Origin: Candidatus Eiseniibacteriota bacterium
Lineage (GTDB): Bacteria; Eisenbacteria; RBG-16-71-46
NCBI GenBank assembly: GCA_963725865.1
Contig: CAVSAC010000010.1
Span: 352,001 to 416,000, forward strand
DNA length: 64,000 bases
Direction: 5' to 3'
Under the pieces are notes generated by a model. It saw only the letters and a list, made by a program, of their open reading frames with translations, had not been told where the DNA came from and did not search any database. The position numbers and the translations under genes are program-made. Every line of letters starts with the position of its first letter. The stretch's first letter is position 1. This document shows, one piece after another, positions 10,262 to 19,974 of this stretch.

Positions 10262-11347
10262 GTGACCCGAACGACTCTCCGTATCCTGCTCTGGCTCGCC
10301 TCCGCGCTCGCGCTGGCCGGCTACCTGGCGCTCGCGTGGCGAGCGCTCGCCGGCGGCGCCGCCGCCGATCCCGTGGAAGCATCGATCCTCGAGCACGCCG
10401 GGCGCTTCGCACAGGGTCACTGGTCCTACGCCGAGCCGCACCGCGGTGTCGTTCCGCTCATGCCGGTCTTCCCGATCGTGGTCTCGTGGCTCGTGCTGCT
10501 CTTCGATCCCGGCGTCTGGGAACCACGCCTGGTGAGCCTGCTCGCCACGCTCCTCACGGCGATCGTGGTCGAGTCCATCGTGCGCAGCGAGACGCACAGC
10601 ACCACGCTGGGGGCGGCCGCGGCCGGGCTGCTGCTCTTGAGCCAGGGCGCGGCGACCGGCGTCGCCGCCTTCGCGCGACCCGAGCCGCTCATGCTCCTGC
10701 TCGCGATCGTCGGCTGCCAGGTGCTGCGCTACACGTCCGGAATTCTCGGGGCGCTGCTCGCCTCGCTGCTCTTCTGCGCCGGGTGCTTCACGCACCCCGC
10801 CGGTCTCTGGTTCGCGCTCGCGGCGCTGCTCCATCTTCGCTTTCACGATCACCGGCGCCTGATCGCCTACGGGCTCGGCCTGGCGGCGCTGGTGGGTGCC
10901 GCCCAGCTCGGGCTGTCCCACGCGCTCGGCCCCTGGTTCAACTACGCTGCGTGGGACCTCGCACTGCAGGCGATGCGCTTCGCGCCGGCCACCATTCTGC
11001 GGTTCGTGGGGACGCAGCTCCTCGGCACGCTTGGGGTGTTCACGCTCATCACGGTGTTGTCGTTCGCGCTGCCGATCCGTCCGTGGCGCGGGGCAGTCGG
11101 CATCTGGACGTGGATGGCGTTCGCCGCCCTGGCGGCCGCGATCGTCATGACCCAGGGCGGCGACTCGCTCGGCGAAGCGACGCGGGCGACGGCGATGATC
11201 CTCGCGATCGTCGGTCCGGTGTCGGCACAGCGGATCACGCAGCATCTCTCGAACTGGCCCGGCGGAAACCGCATGGGCGGGCACGCCGTCGTGCTGACCG
11301 CTCTGGCGCTCCAGTTCGTCACCCTGCTCGCGAGCGGCTTGCGCTGA
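10262..11347 (+). CDS. Polytopic membrane protein, GT-C/ArnT-PMT-like glycosyltransferase fold (possibly degenerate)
   Basis: GAGGA RBS then GTG 10262. N-terminal TM, loop with DPVE, MPVFP, PRLVSLLATL and FARPEPL segments resembling GT-C enzymes; about 10 hydrophobic segments. Confidence 0.55.
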   Translation: MTRTTLRILLWLASALALAGYLALAWRALAGGAAADPVEASILEHAGRFAQGHWSYAEPHRGVVPLMPVFPIVVSWLVLLFDPGVWEPRLVSLLATLLTAIVVESIVRSETHSTTLGAAAAGLLLLSQGAATGVAAFARPEPLMLLLAIVGCQVLRYTSGILGALLASLLFCAGCFTHPAGLWFALAALLHLRFHDHRRLIAYGLGLAALVGAAQLGLSHALGPWFNYAAWDLALQAMRFAPATILRFVGTQLLGTLGVFTLITVLSFALPIRPWRGAVGIWTWMAFAALAAAIVMTQGGDSLGEATRATAMILAIVGPVSAQRITQHLSNWPGGNRMGGHAVVLTALALQFVTLLASGLR

Positions 11348-11560
11348 TCACGCGCGTGGGGCGCCCGACTCATCTCGGTGCCTGGCGCGGAGTCCAGTGG
11401 ACGCTTCGCTGAGGTGGTCCGCCGCGTTTGACTTCGGCCGCGGGCGGCGCACACCCTGTGCGCTGCGAGCGGCACTCGATTCGGGAACTCGATGGGGAGA
11501 CAGTCGCCTCGCACCCACGAAGCGCTCCCTCGTCGGCGATCCGCTCCGAAGGAGGCTGGG

Positions 11561-12088
11561 ATGAACAGGGTACTGGCGGCAGCGGTCGGCCTGGTGGTTC
11601 TGGCTGGCCTGGCTTACGGCGCGGATCCCCAACCCTGGGGCCGCACCGGGGACCGGACTCTCGACTCCGTGCTCGAGCAGCTCAACACGCAGGCGAGCGT
11701 CGATCCCGATGGATTCATCCGGCAGCTCAGCGCCCGGCACAGCGTGCCGGAGCGCGACATCCGACAGGCTCAGGAAACGTATGGATTCGGAGCGGCGGAC
11801 ATCTTCATGGCCACCGCGCTCGCGCAGGCGACCCATCGGCCCGTCGTCTCGGTCGCGGAGGAATACCAGAAGAACCAGGGCAAGGGCTGGGGAGTGATCG
11901 CGAAGGACATGGGGATCAAGCCGGGCTCCAGGGAATTCAAGCAGTTGAAGAGCGGCGCGCGTGGCTCGCTGGATCGCTTGAGAGCGGATTCCAGGAACAA
12001 GCAGAAGCACGATCGGGAGCTGAAGCGACAGCACGAGTCGCAGACGAAGAAGGACGCACAGAACCAGGGCCGCGCGCATTCGCACTAG
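11561..12088 (+). CDS. Secreted helical hypothetical protein with GWGVIAKDMGIKPGS motif
   Basis: AAGGAGG RBS, ATG 11561, signal peptide (LAYG-ADP), charged K/Q/H-rich tail. Confidence 0.8.
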   Translation: MNRVLAAAVGLVVLAGLAYGADPQPWGRTGDRTLDSVLEQLNTQASVDPDGFIRQLSARHSVPERDIRQAQETYGFGAADIFMATALAQATHRPVVSVAEEYQKNQGKGWGVIAKDMGIKPGSREFKQLKSGARGSLDRLRADSRNKQKHDRELKRQHESQTKKDAQNQGRAHSH

Positions 12089-12185
12089 CGGCCGCCCGCG
12101 ATGGGGCCTCGATCTCGAGGGCGGGCAGCGAGGCGTGTTCGAACCGCCGGGGCCCGTGGATCCCCGCATCGCGCGAGCCGCGAGC

Positions 12186-12296
12186 GGCCCGCACGAGGTA
12201 TCCCTGGTCGCTCGACGCCTGAGCCCCGGCGTCTACGCTGCGCGCCTGACCGGAGGCGGTACTCACGAGGTCGTTCGACTGGTGCACGTTCGATAG
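12186..12296 (+). pseudogene. Orphan 3' fragment of a CTD-bearing gene
   Basis: Translates GPHEVSLVARRLSPGVYAARLTGGGTHEVVRLVHVR*, matching the last half of the CTDs in this window; no matching N-terminal part upstream. Confidence 0.6.
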
Positions 12297-12339
12297 GCCG
12301 GGCTCGTCCGGCCGTCCATCACTCCGATCGCAGCGACGA

Positions 12340-12367
12340 CGCCCCGGGCGAGCTTTCACCCGGGGCG
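12340..12367 (+). terminator. GC hairpin downstream of the orphan CTD fragment
   Basis: CGCCCCGGG-N10-CCCGGGGCG inverted repeat; weak T tail. Confidence 0.4.
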
Positions 12368-12584
12368 CCTCGTCTTGTCCCCGAACTCTCGAGGAACAGG
12401 GCGACGAACGACTGCGCGCTGCCGAGGTGGCGTGTTGCCGTGTACTCTGCTCCTCGGACAGTCGGTAGCTCTGGTTCAGACAGGCATGCCGATGGCGGGG
12501 CCAGAAAACCCAATCGCGTGGGCCGAGCGGTCCCCGTCACGAGGATTCCAACTCCGGCCCCTGCTTTCCAGGAGGTACTCCCCG

Positions 12585-13409
12585 ATGCGCTGCGGACTCG
12601 GGATGTTGGCCTTCATCGTCGCGCTCTCGTCCATTTCAGTTTCAACGACTCCCGCGTCGTCCCTGACCCTGCCCGGGCGATTGGCGGACGCCCTCGCCAA
12701 CGCCGACAGCGTCGAGGTCAGTGTCGCCATCCAGGAAGACACGTTTCCCTGGTCGCTGATCGGCGGAATGAGCTACAGCAATCCCATGAGCCCCGCCACG
12801 CGCCAGGAGTTCGCGGCGCTCCTGACCCGTGATGGCGCGTTCGCACCGCTGAGCTCCTGTGTCGTCTGCGGCGATCGCTGCGATCGGCACCGCTACTGGG
12901 TCTCCCTCTATCGCCAGTCGGTGCGGACGGCCCGGCTATTCGTGGGCGCCGAGGAGCAGGTCCTGGTGGCCTCCGATTCGTCCGGGACGTTCTCGGCGTC
13001 CTTCGCACCGGTCGGCGAAGCGGTGATCGCGCTTCTGCGAGCGACTCTGCCCGGAGACTCATCGGCCGTCGTCGCGCTCGCCGGGAATCGCTCGACCGAC
13101 TCCCGCGCGCGCCCCAGGCTGGACGACTGGTTCGTCGGCGAAGTTGGGCCGAGCGTGACGCGCGGTGGGACGGCGCGATTCCCCAGCGGGCAGCTCGGGC
13201 TGCCCGATACCGTGGTGGTCCTCGCGTGGGCACTGATCGACTCGACCGGCACGATTCGAGATACGCGACTCATCGGAAGCAACATGAACCGGCGGTTGAT
13301 TCCGGCCACGCGGGCCGCGCTTCGGACCTGGCACTTCGAGGCGGCGAGGTGCGGGGGACGCCCGGTCGCCGCCTGGACGGTGCTCCCGGTCGTGCTCACG
13401 CGGAAGTAG
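12585..13409 (+). CDS. Exported protein with C-terminal TonB_C-like domain
   Basis: AGGAGG RBS, ATG 12585, signal/TM segment. C-terminus VVVLAWALIDSTGTIRDTRL..AALRTWHFEAARCGGRPVAAWTVLPVVL fits the TonB C-terminal pattern. CxxCxxxC in the N-domain. Confidence 0.65.
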   Translation: MRCGLGMLAFIVALSSISVSTTPASSLTLPGRLADALANADSVEVSVAIQEDTFPWSLIGGMSYSNPMSPATRQEFAALLTRDGAFAPLSSCVVCGDRCDRHRYWVSLYRQSVRTARLFVGAEEQVLVASDSSGTFSASFAPVGEAVIALLRATLPGDSSAVVALAGNRSTDSRARPRLDDWFVGEVGPSVTRGGTARFPSGQLGLPDTVVVLAWALIDSTGTIRDTRLIGSNMNRRLIPATRAALRTWHFEAARCGGRPVAAWTVLPVVLTRK

Positions 13410-13442
13410 GCCGCGAACGGCGGCCCTACCTCGTCACTTCCG

Positions 13443-14090
13443 TCACCGCACGCCGAATGGGAACTCCAGCCCGAGCGTGGCGTAGATCGCGCCGTTCTTC
13501 ACGTCGCCGCCGAACGGCAGGTCGGAGATGTTCGTGAGCCCGAACGTATAGCGCCCCTCCGCGACCACCGACATGGTTCCGTTCCGGATCGCCGCCGCTC
13601 CCCCGACTGCAAGCCCGAAGTCCGAGGTCTTCACCTGGTCGGTGTCGAGCGAGACGCCGATCAACCCGGTGGTGCTGAGCTGCTCATTCATCTTGATCGA
13701 CATCACGGGCCCCGCCAGCAGCCGCAGGTCGACCGGAGAGGGGTTCGGCGCCGAGATCCTCAGCAGCACCGGGATCTCGACGTAGTCCACGTCGAGCGTG
13801 CTCCCGACGCTCCCGAAGGTGATCCCGCCGATCGTGACGTCGGTGCTGAACAGCTTGGCGCCCTTGCGCACGAACAGCAGCTCGGGCTGCACCCCGATCG
13901 CGGGCGACAGGTCGAACGTTCCATACACGCCGCCCACGAAACCGGTCCGGTTGTCGGTATGGAAGAGATCCGCGTTCACGTGGGACAGGCTCACGCCGCC
14001 TTTGACGCCGAAGGCCATTCCAGCCTGGGCCGAAGCTGTCACGCACGGAACGAGGGCGAGGGTCAGGAGAACACCGAGAATGCGCTTCAT
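13443..14090 (-). CDS. Outer-membrane beta-barrel, porin/PorT-like family (OMP_b-brl_2)
   Basis: Signal peptide MKRILGVLL..AQA; FGVKGGVSLS, QPELLFVRKG, DYVEIPVLL, EGRYTFGLTNI motifs; C-terminal LGLEF strand. Confidence 0.85.
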   Translation of the reverse strand: MKRILGVLLTLALVPCVTASAQAGMAFGVKGGVSLSHVNADLFHTDNRTGFVGGVYGTFDLSPAIGVQPELLFVRKGAKLFSTDVTIGGITFGSVGSTLDVDYVEIPVLLRISAPNPSPVDLRLLAGPVMSIKMNEQLSTTGLIGVSLDTDQVKTSDFGLAVGGAAAIRNGTMSVVAEGRYTFGLTNISDLPFGGDVKNGAIYATLGLEFPFGVR

Positions 14091-14444
14091 GAGCGGACCT
14101 TCCTCTGGATGGAGAGCGATGGGGAGACTGCCAGCGGCACCGCCTGGTGCCACGCGGGAGCCGATGACCTTCGCGACTCTACCCCAGCGGCGCGATCGGC
14201 GCCCAAGGGCTCCTCAGCAATCACGTTCAGCGAAGGCAGCAAGCGATTCGCAATCTTGAGGGTCTGGGACGCCAGCCTCCTCACATGCTCGCCCGCTCGG
14301 GACTCCTGCTATGCTCCACGAAGTCCAGTCAAGAGCACGCTGCGGGGGGGAGCGAGTCCGGCGACCGTCCGCTCGACGCGGAGGCGGCGCGGCTCACGAT
14401 TTCCCACGTCGAGGCCACCACACCATTCGCACCAGGAGGCAGCC

Positions 14445-15129
14445 ATGCGCGATACGCACCAGCGGGACCCTGCGCGGGATCGTCGTCACGATCCTCGCGC
14501 TCGCGAGCTTGAGCAGCTGCGCGTCGATGAACGCGAAGACCAAGGGCGCCATCATCGGCGCGGGAGCGGGCGCCGCGGCGGGCGGCGTGATCGGCAACCA
14601 GACCGGCTCGACCACGCGCGGCGCGATCATCGGCGCGGTCGTCGGCGGCGCCGCGGGCGCGATCATCGGGCACCAGATGGACCAGCAGGCGCTGGAGCTC
14701 GAACAGAACATCCCCGGCGCCAAGGTGCATCGCGTGGGCGAGGGCATCGCGGTGATGTTCGACTCGGGGCTGCTGTTCGACGTGGACTCCGAAGTCATCA
14801 AGGGCGACGCGCGCACGAACCTCGACGCCCTGGCGGCGAGCCTCGCGAAGTACCCCAAGTCGGACCTGATGATCGTCGGCCACACCGACGCGACGGGCAC
14901 CGACTCGTACAACATGGGACTGTCGAAGCGCCGTGCCGCGTCCGCCAGCAGCTACCTGCGCTCGCACGGCGTGGCTCGCGGCATCAAGGCGCTCGGTCGC
15001 GGCGAGAGCGAGCCGATCGCGTCCAACGACACGGACGAAGGCCGGCAGCAGAACCGCCGCGTCGAGATCGCGATCTACGCGAGCGACAAGCTGCGCGCGG
15101 AAGCCGAGAGGGCAGCCGCGGGGCAGTAA
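14445..15129 (+). CDS. OmpA-family lipoprotein with glycine zipper (YiaD-like); one extra base just after the start codon
   Basis: Lipobox LSSC, GAIIGAGAGAAAGG zipper, IVGHTDATG..YNMGLSKRRA and GRQQNRRVEI. The AGGAGG/ATG at 14445 is one base out of frame; removing G14451 gives MRIRTSGTLRGIVV. Confidence 0.88.
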
Positions 15130-15299
15130 AGCGCCGAGACGAAGGCCCGGCGCGCGGAGGCGCGGCCGTGCCCGCCGGAAGTGCGCGGCCGCGGGAGAGC
15201 AACCCCCGCGGCCCGCGGCTTTGGTGCCTGAGAACTTCCCCGGCGGCATGCGTCGTCGGGATCGAGGCCGATTCGGCGATCAGGCGTGTTGCACAGCGG

Positions 15300-15560
15300 C
15301 TATGCCGACGCCCCCTTGCGCCCTTTGATCATCCGATAGATCCAGAGGATGAGAATCGCGCCCAGCGTGGAGCCGATCAGCCCGGCTCCCCTGCCGCCCT
15401 GGTACCAGCCGACGGCCTGACCGAGGAAATTGGCGACCAGTGCGCCACCGATCCCGAGCAGGATCGTGATCACGATTCCGCCCGGATCCTTGCCGGGCAT
15501 GATGAACTTGGCCAGCACGCCCGCGACCAACCCGATCAGGATCGTCCATAGGATTCCCAT
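15300..15560 (-). CDS. GlsB/YeaQ/YmgE family (transglycosylase-associated) membrane protein
   Basis: IGLVAGVLAKFIMPGKDPGGIVITILLGIGGALV..LIGSTLGAILILWIYR signature; 86 aa. Confidence 0.92.
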   Translation of the reverse strand: MGILWTILIGLVAGVLAKFIMPGKDPGGIVITILLGIGGALVANFLGQAVGWYQGGRGAGLIGSTLGAILILWIYRMIKGRKGASA

Positions 15561-15599
15561 GTGTCGCTCCCTTCGTGTGGGGTGATGACGTGTCTGCCC

Positions 15600-16187
15600 T
15601 CAGCGTCCGCCGAAGAGCTTGCCGGCGATTCCGCCCAGTTCATCGACGATCGAGCCGTCACCGTCCTTGTCCAGCAGTCGGGTGGCGAGCCCCATCAGGC
15701 CAGGCGACGCCTGGCTGAGCCCCTCCCGCTCGCGGCTGAGCATCCCCGCGAGGCTGGAGGCGTCGAGGCCGCCCTGCCGCTGGGTGCGGCCGAGCGCTCC
15801 CATCACCACGGGCGCGAGCATCATGAGCAACTGACCCGCGCTCTGGGCATCGAGTCCGCTGGCCTTCGACAGCTCCTGTTGAGCGAGCGGCTCGCGCTCG
15901 CCGAGCACGTGACGAAGGATGCCGGCACCGGGGCCCGCCTGCGCGTTGTCGATCAAGCCGCTGAGGTCGTCGAGCAGGCTGCCATCGTGATCCTTCGCGA
16001 GCGCACCGTGCAACGCGCTCGCTCCGTCCGGGCTCGAGCTGTTGCGCGCCAGCCCGGCGAGGAGCAACGGAAGGGCGGCGGCGATCGCGGCCTGAGTGGT
16101 CGGTTCGTTCGCCCCGAGCTGGCGGCCGATCTGCTTCGTCGTGTCGCCGCCCACCGCCTGCGTGATCAAGTCCATCAACTGCGCCAT
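15600..16187 (-). CDS. DUF937 family protein
   Basis: ALPLLLAGLARN..ALAKDHDGSLLDDL..GAGILRHVLG..LAPVVMGALG..LDKDGDGSIVDEL; GGAGG RBS. Confidence 0.85.
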   Translation of the reverse strand: MAQLMDLITQAVGGDTTKQIGRQLGANEPTTQAAIAAALPLLLAGLARNSSSPDGASALHGALAKDHDGSLLDDLSGLIDNAQAGPGAGILRHVLGEREPLAQQELSKASGLDAQSAGQLLMMLAPVVMGALGRTQRQGGLDASSLAGMLSREREGLSQASPGLMGLATRLLDKDGDGSIVDELGGIAGKLFGGR

Positions 16188-16230
16188 GGCACACCTCCAA
16201 TTTCGACCACGGACGCTGGCCGGCCCGGCG

Positions 16231-16668
16231 TCACTTCACCTGGAAATCCAGGGCCTGCGCGGAGTTTCCGTTCAGGAACACTTCGACCCGGTACTTGCCC
16301 AGCGGCCAGCCGTCGGGCTTCGAGATGTGGAACTCGGTCGCGGCGTCGCCGTTGGGGGCGATCGCCTGTTCGGATTCGTCGACCACCTGTCCGTCCTCGT
16401 AGGTCCACCGCGCCTTCAGCACGGCGTTGGGCGACGATCCCGTGGTGAGGACCGAGGCGTAGATCACGTCCTTGGGACTGAACTGATCGACCTTCTCCGA
16501 CACTCGCTTGTCGCCGCCGATGGTGCGACCCAGGTCGACCCCGGTCACGCTCAGCACGGCCGGTGGCGCCGCCGCGGTCTCGGCGGCCTTCTTGGCGCAA
16601 GACGTCGCACCCAGCGCGAATCCCAGACAGAGCACCGGGACGAGCATCCTCCCCGCGAAACGAAACAT
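16231..16668 (-). CDS. Hypothetical lipoprotein, beta-sandwich-like
   Basis: GGAGGAGG RBS, lipobox ATSC, ARWTY..EFHISKPDGWPLGKYRVEVFLNG. Confidence 0.8.
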   Translation of the reverse strand: MFRFAGRMLVPVLCLGFALGATSCAKKAAETAAAPPAVLSVTGVDLGRTIGGDKRVSEKVDQFSPKDVIYASVLTTGSSPNAVLKARWTYEDGQVVDESEQAIAPNGDAATEFHISKPDGWPLGKYRVEVFLNGNSAQALDFQVK

Positions 16669-16688
16669 CGTGCCTCCTCCTCCCTGCG

Positions 16689-16970
16689 TCAGGCTGGCGG
16701 GAGCTTCAGGGTCTGCCCCGGGTGGATCAGGTCGGGGTTCTTGATGATGTCGCGGTTCGCGTCGAAGATCTTCCGCCAGTCGTTCGCGTTTCCGTACTCC
16801 TGCTTGGCGATCTTGGATAGGCTGTCGCCCTTCTGAACCACGTACGTCTTCATCGTCGGAGCCGACCCGGCGGGCGCCGGAGCGGTCGACGAACTGCCGC
16901 TCTGGACGTTTGAGAAATCCGCCTTCGGCTTGTCCTTCTTCTGATCGTCACCGCCACCGAAGAGTCCCAT
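16689..16970 (-). CDS. Small LysM peptidoglycan-binding domain protein (Kbp/YgaU-type LysM without BON)
   Basis: ATG 16970 after GAGG; YVVQKGDSLSKIAKQEYGNANDWRKIFDANRDIIKNPDLIHPGQTLKLP. Confidence 0.92.
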   Translation of the reverse strand: MGLFGGGDDQKKDKPKADFSNVQSGSSSTAPAPAGSAPTMKTYVVQKGDSLSKIAKQEYGNANDWRKIFDANRDIIKNPDLIHPGQTLKLPPA

Positions 16971-17153
16971 CGTGCACCTCACTGAGGTTGGGGTGGATAC
17001 CCGATGCGTTGTGCTCGCCGGTCGAGTCATTCCCGTGACGATGCGGCCACGACCGCACGCGGATCCTCCGCGAGTCCGCAGTATCGGCCTCGCCTCGAGC
17101 GACTGCAATCGAACTCCCCTGCGACCTCGGTCGCGCGCCGGGGCCGGTCGTCG

Positions 17154-19970
17154 TTAGCGAGACTTCAACCGTGCGAGACCCTTGTCCAACTCGCGCAGCC
17201 ACAACACCGAGCTCGCCACGGCCGCGCAGCGCAGCCAGTCTCCCGGGCTCAGGGCCACGGTCTCGAAGGCGTGCTGCAGAAAGGGCACGTCGACCACCGC
17301 CACCTGGAGGGCGACCGATACTCCGAGCGCGCCCCACAGCCAGCGATTGCGGAAGAGGCCGCGGAACACGCTGCGCTCGTCCGAGCGCGAGTTGAGGACG
17401 TTGAAGACCTGGAACAGCACGAGCGTCGTGAACGCCATCGTCTGCGCGTAGCGCATACTGCCCGTGCCCTCCACGAAGCCGCCGGGAAGCGCGGAATCGA
17501 GGACCAGCAGCGTGCCCGCCGCCATGATCGCGCCGATCAGGAGGATGCCGCGCCACATCCGGGGCGTGATCACCCGCTCGCCGGCCGGTCGCGGCGGCAG
17601 CTCCATCAGTCCCGAGTCGGCCGGGTCGACACCCAGCGCGAGCGCGGGGAGGCCGTCCGTCACCAGGTTGATCCAGAGTATCTGCGTCGCCAGCAGCGGG
17701 AGCGCGATCGCATCACCTTCCGCCTGCAGCCCGATGCGGTCGGCCAGAACCACGCCGAAGAACATCGTCATGACCTCGCCGATGTTGGACGAGAGGAGGT
17801 AGCGCAGGAACTTGCGGATGTTCGCGAAGATCGCGCGCCCTTCCTCGACGGCCGCGACGATGGTGGCGAAGTTGTCGTCGGCGAGCACCATGTCGGCGGC
17901 CTCCTTGGACACGTCCGTGCCCGTGATTCCCATGGCCACGCCGATGTTGGCCGCCTTCAGCGCCGGCGCGTCGTTGACCCCGTCGCCGGTCATCGCCACC
18001 ACCGCGCCGCCATGCTGCAGGGCATCGACGATGCGCAGCTTGTGCTCGGGATCGACGCGGGCGTAGACGGACACCTCCTGGACGGCGCGTTCGAGCGCCT
18101 CGTCCGACAGCCGCTCCAGCTCAGCGCCGGTGAGGGCGCGGTCGTCGGCGATGATGCCCAGCTCGCGGGCGATGACGGCGGCGGTCCGCGGGTGATCGCC
18201 GGTGATCATGAGCGGGCGGATCCCGGCGCGTCGAGCCTGCGCGACCGCGTCCCTCGCCTCGGCGCGCGGCGGATCGATCATGCCGATCAGGCCGGAGAAC
18301 ACCAGTTCCCGCTCGAGCCGCTCGTCGAGCGCGCCCGCCTCGTCCTGCGAGATCGCGTGGTGCGGAAGCGAGCGCGATGCGACGCCGAGCACGCGGAGCG
18401 CCTCGTCGGCGAGCGACTCGTTGATCCGGACGATCTCGGCGCGGCGCTCCGGAGTCAGGGGCCGCACCTCCCCACCGACGAACTCCGCCGAACACCTCGG
18501 GAGCAGCACATCGGGCGCTCCCTTGGTGAACACGAGCACTCGCTCCTGCCGCTCGGTGTCGCGGTGCACCGTACTCATCAGCTTGCGCTCGGAGGAGAAC
18601 GGCACCTCCCCCATGCGAGGGAGTCGCGCCTCGAGCGCCTCGGCCCGCAGGCCCGCCTTGCGCGCCGCCACGAGCAGGGCGCCCTCGGTGGGATCGCCCT
18701 GCACGCTCCAGCGTCCGCCCTGCTCCTGCACCGTGGCGTTGTTGGCGCGGTCCGCGGCCGACAGCGCGCGCTCGAGCTCGCTCCTGAGCGCCCCGTCCAC
18801 GGGTCCACCGCCTGCCCGGCGCACCTCGCCCGCGGGTGCGTACCCCGACCCGCCGAATGAGACGCGCCCGCTGGCGGTGACGACCACCCGCACGGTCATC
18901 TCGTTCCGGGTGAGCGTGCCGGTCTTGTCGGAGGCGATCACGCTCGCCGAGCCCAGGGTCTCGACCGCCGCCAGGTGCCGCACGATCGCTTTCCGCCGCG
19001 CCATGCGGCGCACCCCGATGGCGAGCACCGTCGTGACCACGGCGGGAAGTCCCTCCGGCACGGCTGCCACCGCCATCGCCACGCCCAGGATCAGCACGTC
19101 GAAGACCGCCGCGATGCCGCGCACCTCCTCGACGATGAGGATCGTCGCGATCATCACCACGGCGATGACGATGACGACCACGCCCAGGAGCTTGCCGGTA
19201 TGGTCGAGCTCGCGCTGGAGCGGCGTCGCCTCGTCGTGGGTGCGCTCCAGGAGACCGGCGATGCGCCCCATCTCGGTCCCCATCCCGGTCGCCGTCACGA
19301 TGGCCCTGCCACGCCCGTAGGTCGCGGCCGTGCCGCTCAGGACCATGTTGCTCCGGTCGCCGAGGGCGGCTTCCCCGGCGATCGGGTCGATGTCCTTCGC
19401 GACCGGCAGGCTCTCCCCCGTGAGCGCCGCCTCGGAGGTCTGCAGCGCCGTCGATTCGACCACCCGGGCGTCGGCGGGGATGGTGTCCCCTTCCTCGATC
19501 AGGATCAGATCGCCGGGAACGAGGTCGGACGCCAGGACACGCTGCCGCTCGCCGCCGCGGATCACGGTGGCATCGGCGGCCGACAGCGCGCGCAGCGCGG
19601 CGACTGCCGCTTCGGCGCGCGACTCCTGCACGTACCCCATGATGGCGTTGAGGAGCACCACCGCGAAGATCGCGAGCGCCTCGTACGGCAACGCGGTATC
19701 ACGCTCGTACGCCCAGAGGCCCGCCGAGATCGCGGTCGCGATCACGAGCAGGATGACGAGCGTGTCCTGGAACTGAGAGAGAAGACGTCGCCACGCGGGG
19801 ATCGGCTTCTCGGCGAGCAGCTCGTTGCGGCCGTGTCGCGCGAGCCGGGCCGCGGCCTCGTCGTCGCTCAATCCGCGCCGCGCGTCGGTGCCGAGGGCGG
19901 CCGCCACGACCTCGATCGCTTCGCGGTAGGCGTGCGTCCGCTCGGAGGGCGGGGCCGCGGTGAGCGTCAC
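17154..19970 (-). CDS. Cation-transporting P-type ATPase, P2A (Ca2+/Mn2+) type
   Basis: TGES, PEGL, DKTGTLT, KGAP, MITGD, TGDGVNDAPALK, SSNIGE and WINLVTDGLPALAL motifs. Confidence 0.95.
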   Translation of the reverse strand: MTLTAAPPSERTHAYREAIEVVAAALGTDARRGLSDDEAAARLARHGRNELLAEKPIPAWRRLLSQFQDTLVILLVIATAISAGLWAYERDTALPYEALAIFAVVLLNAIMGYVQESRAEAAVAALRALSAADATVIRGGERQRVLASDLVPGDLILIEEGDTIPADARVVESTALQTSEAALTGESLPVAKDIDPIAGEAALGDRSNMVLSGTAATYGRGRAIVTATGMGTEMGRIAGLLERTHDEATPLQRELDHTGKLLGVVVIVIAVVMIATILIVEEVRGIAAVFDVLILGVAMAVAAVPEGLPAVVTTVLAIGVRRMARRKAIVRHLAAVETLGSASVIASDKTGTLTRNEMTVRVVVTASGRVSFGGSGYAPAGEVRRAGGGPVDGALRSELERALSAADRANNATVQEQGGRWSVQGDPTEGALLVAARKAGLRAEALEARLPRMGEVPFSSERKLMSTVHRDTERQERVLVFTKGAPDVLLPRCSAEFVGGEVRPLTPERRAEIVRINESLADEALRVLGVASRSLPHHAISQDEAGALDERLERELVFSGLIGMIDPPRAEARDAVAQARRAGIRPLMITGDHPRTAAVIARELGIIADDRALTGAELERLSDEALERAVQEVSVYARVDPEHKLRIVDALQHGGAVVAMTGDGVNDAPALKAANIGVAMGITGTDVSKEAADMVLADDNFATIVAAVEEGRAIFANIRKFLRYLLSSNIGEVMTMFFGVVLADRIGLQAEGDAIALPLLATQILWINLVTDGLPALALGVDPADSGLMELPPRPAGERVITPRMWRGILLIGAIMAAGTLLVLDSALPGGFVEGTGSMRYAQTMAFTTLVLFQVFNVLNSRSDERSVFRGLFRNRWLWGALGVSVALQVAVVDVPFLQHAFETVALSPGDWLRCAAVASSVLWLRELDKGLARLKSR

Positions 19971-19974
19971 GCGG

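Noticed and set aside
13443..14090. Calling the barrel porT as evidence of T9SS machinery
   Set aside because: The family is broad and no other T9SS core genes are adjacent; orthology cannot be shown from sequence inspection.
14091..14444. Long intergenic regions (also 12370-12580, 36290-36660, 61100-61390) as riboswitch or ncRNA
   Set aside because: I recognised no conserved riboswitch or tRNA signature by eye; an Rfam/Infernal scan would be needed.
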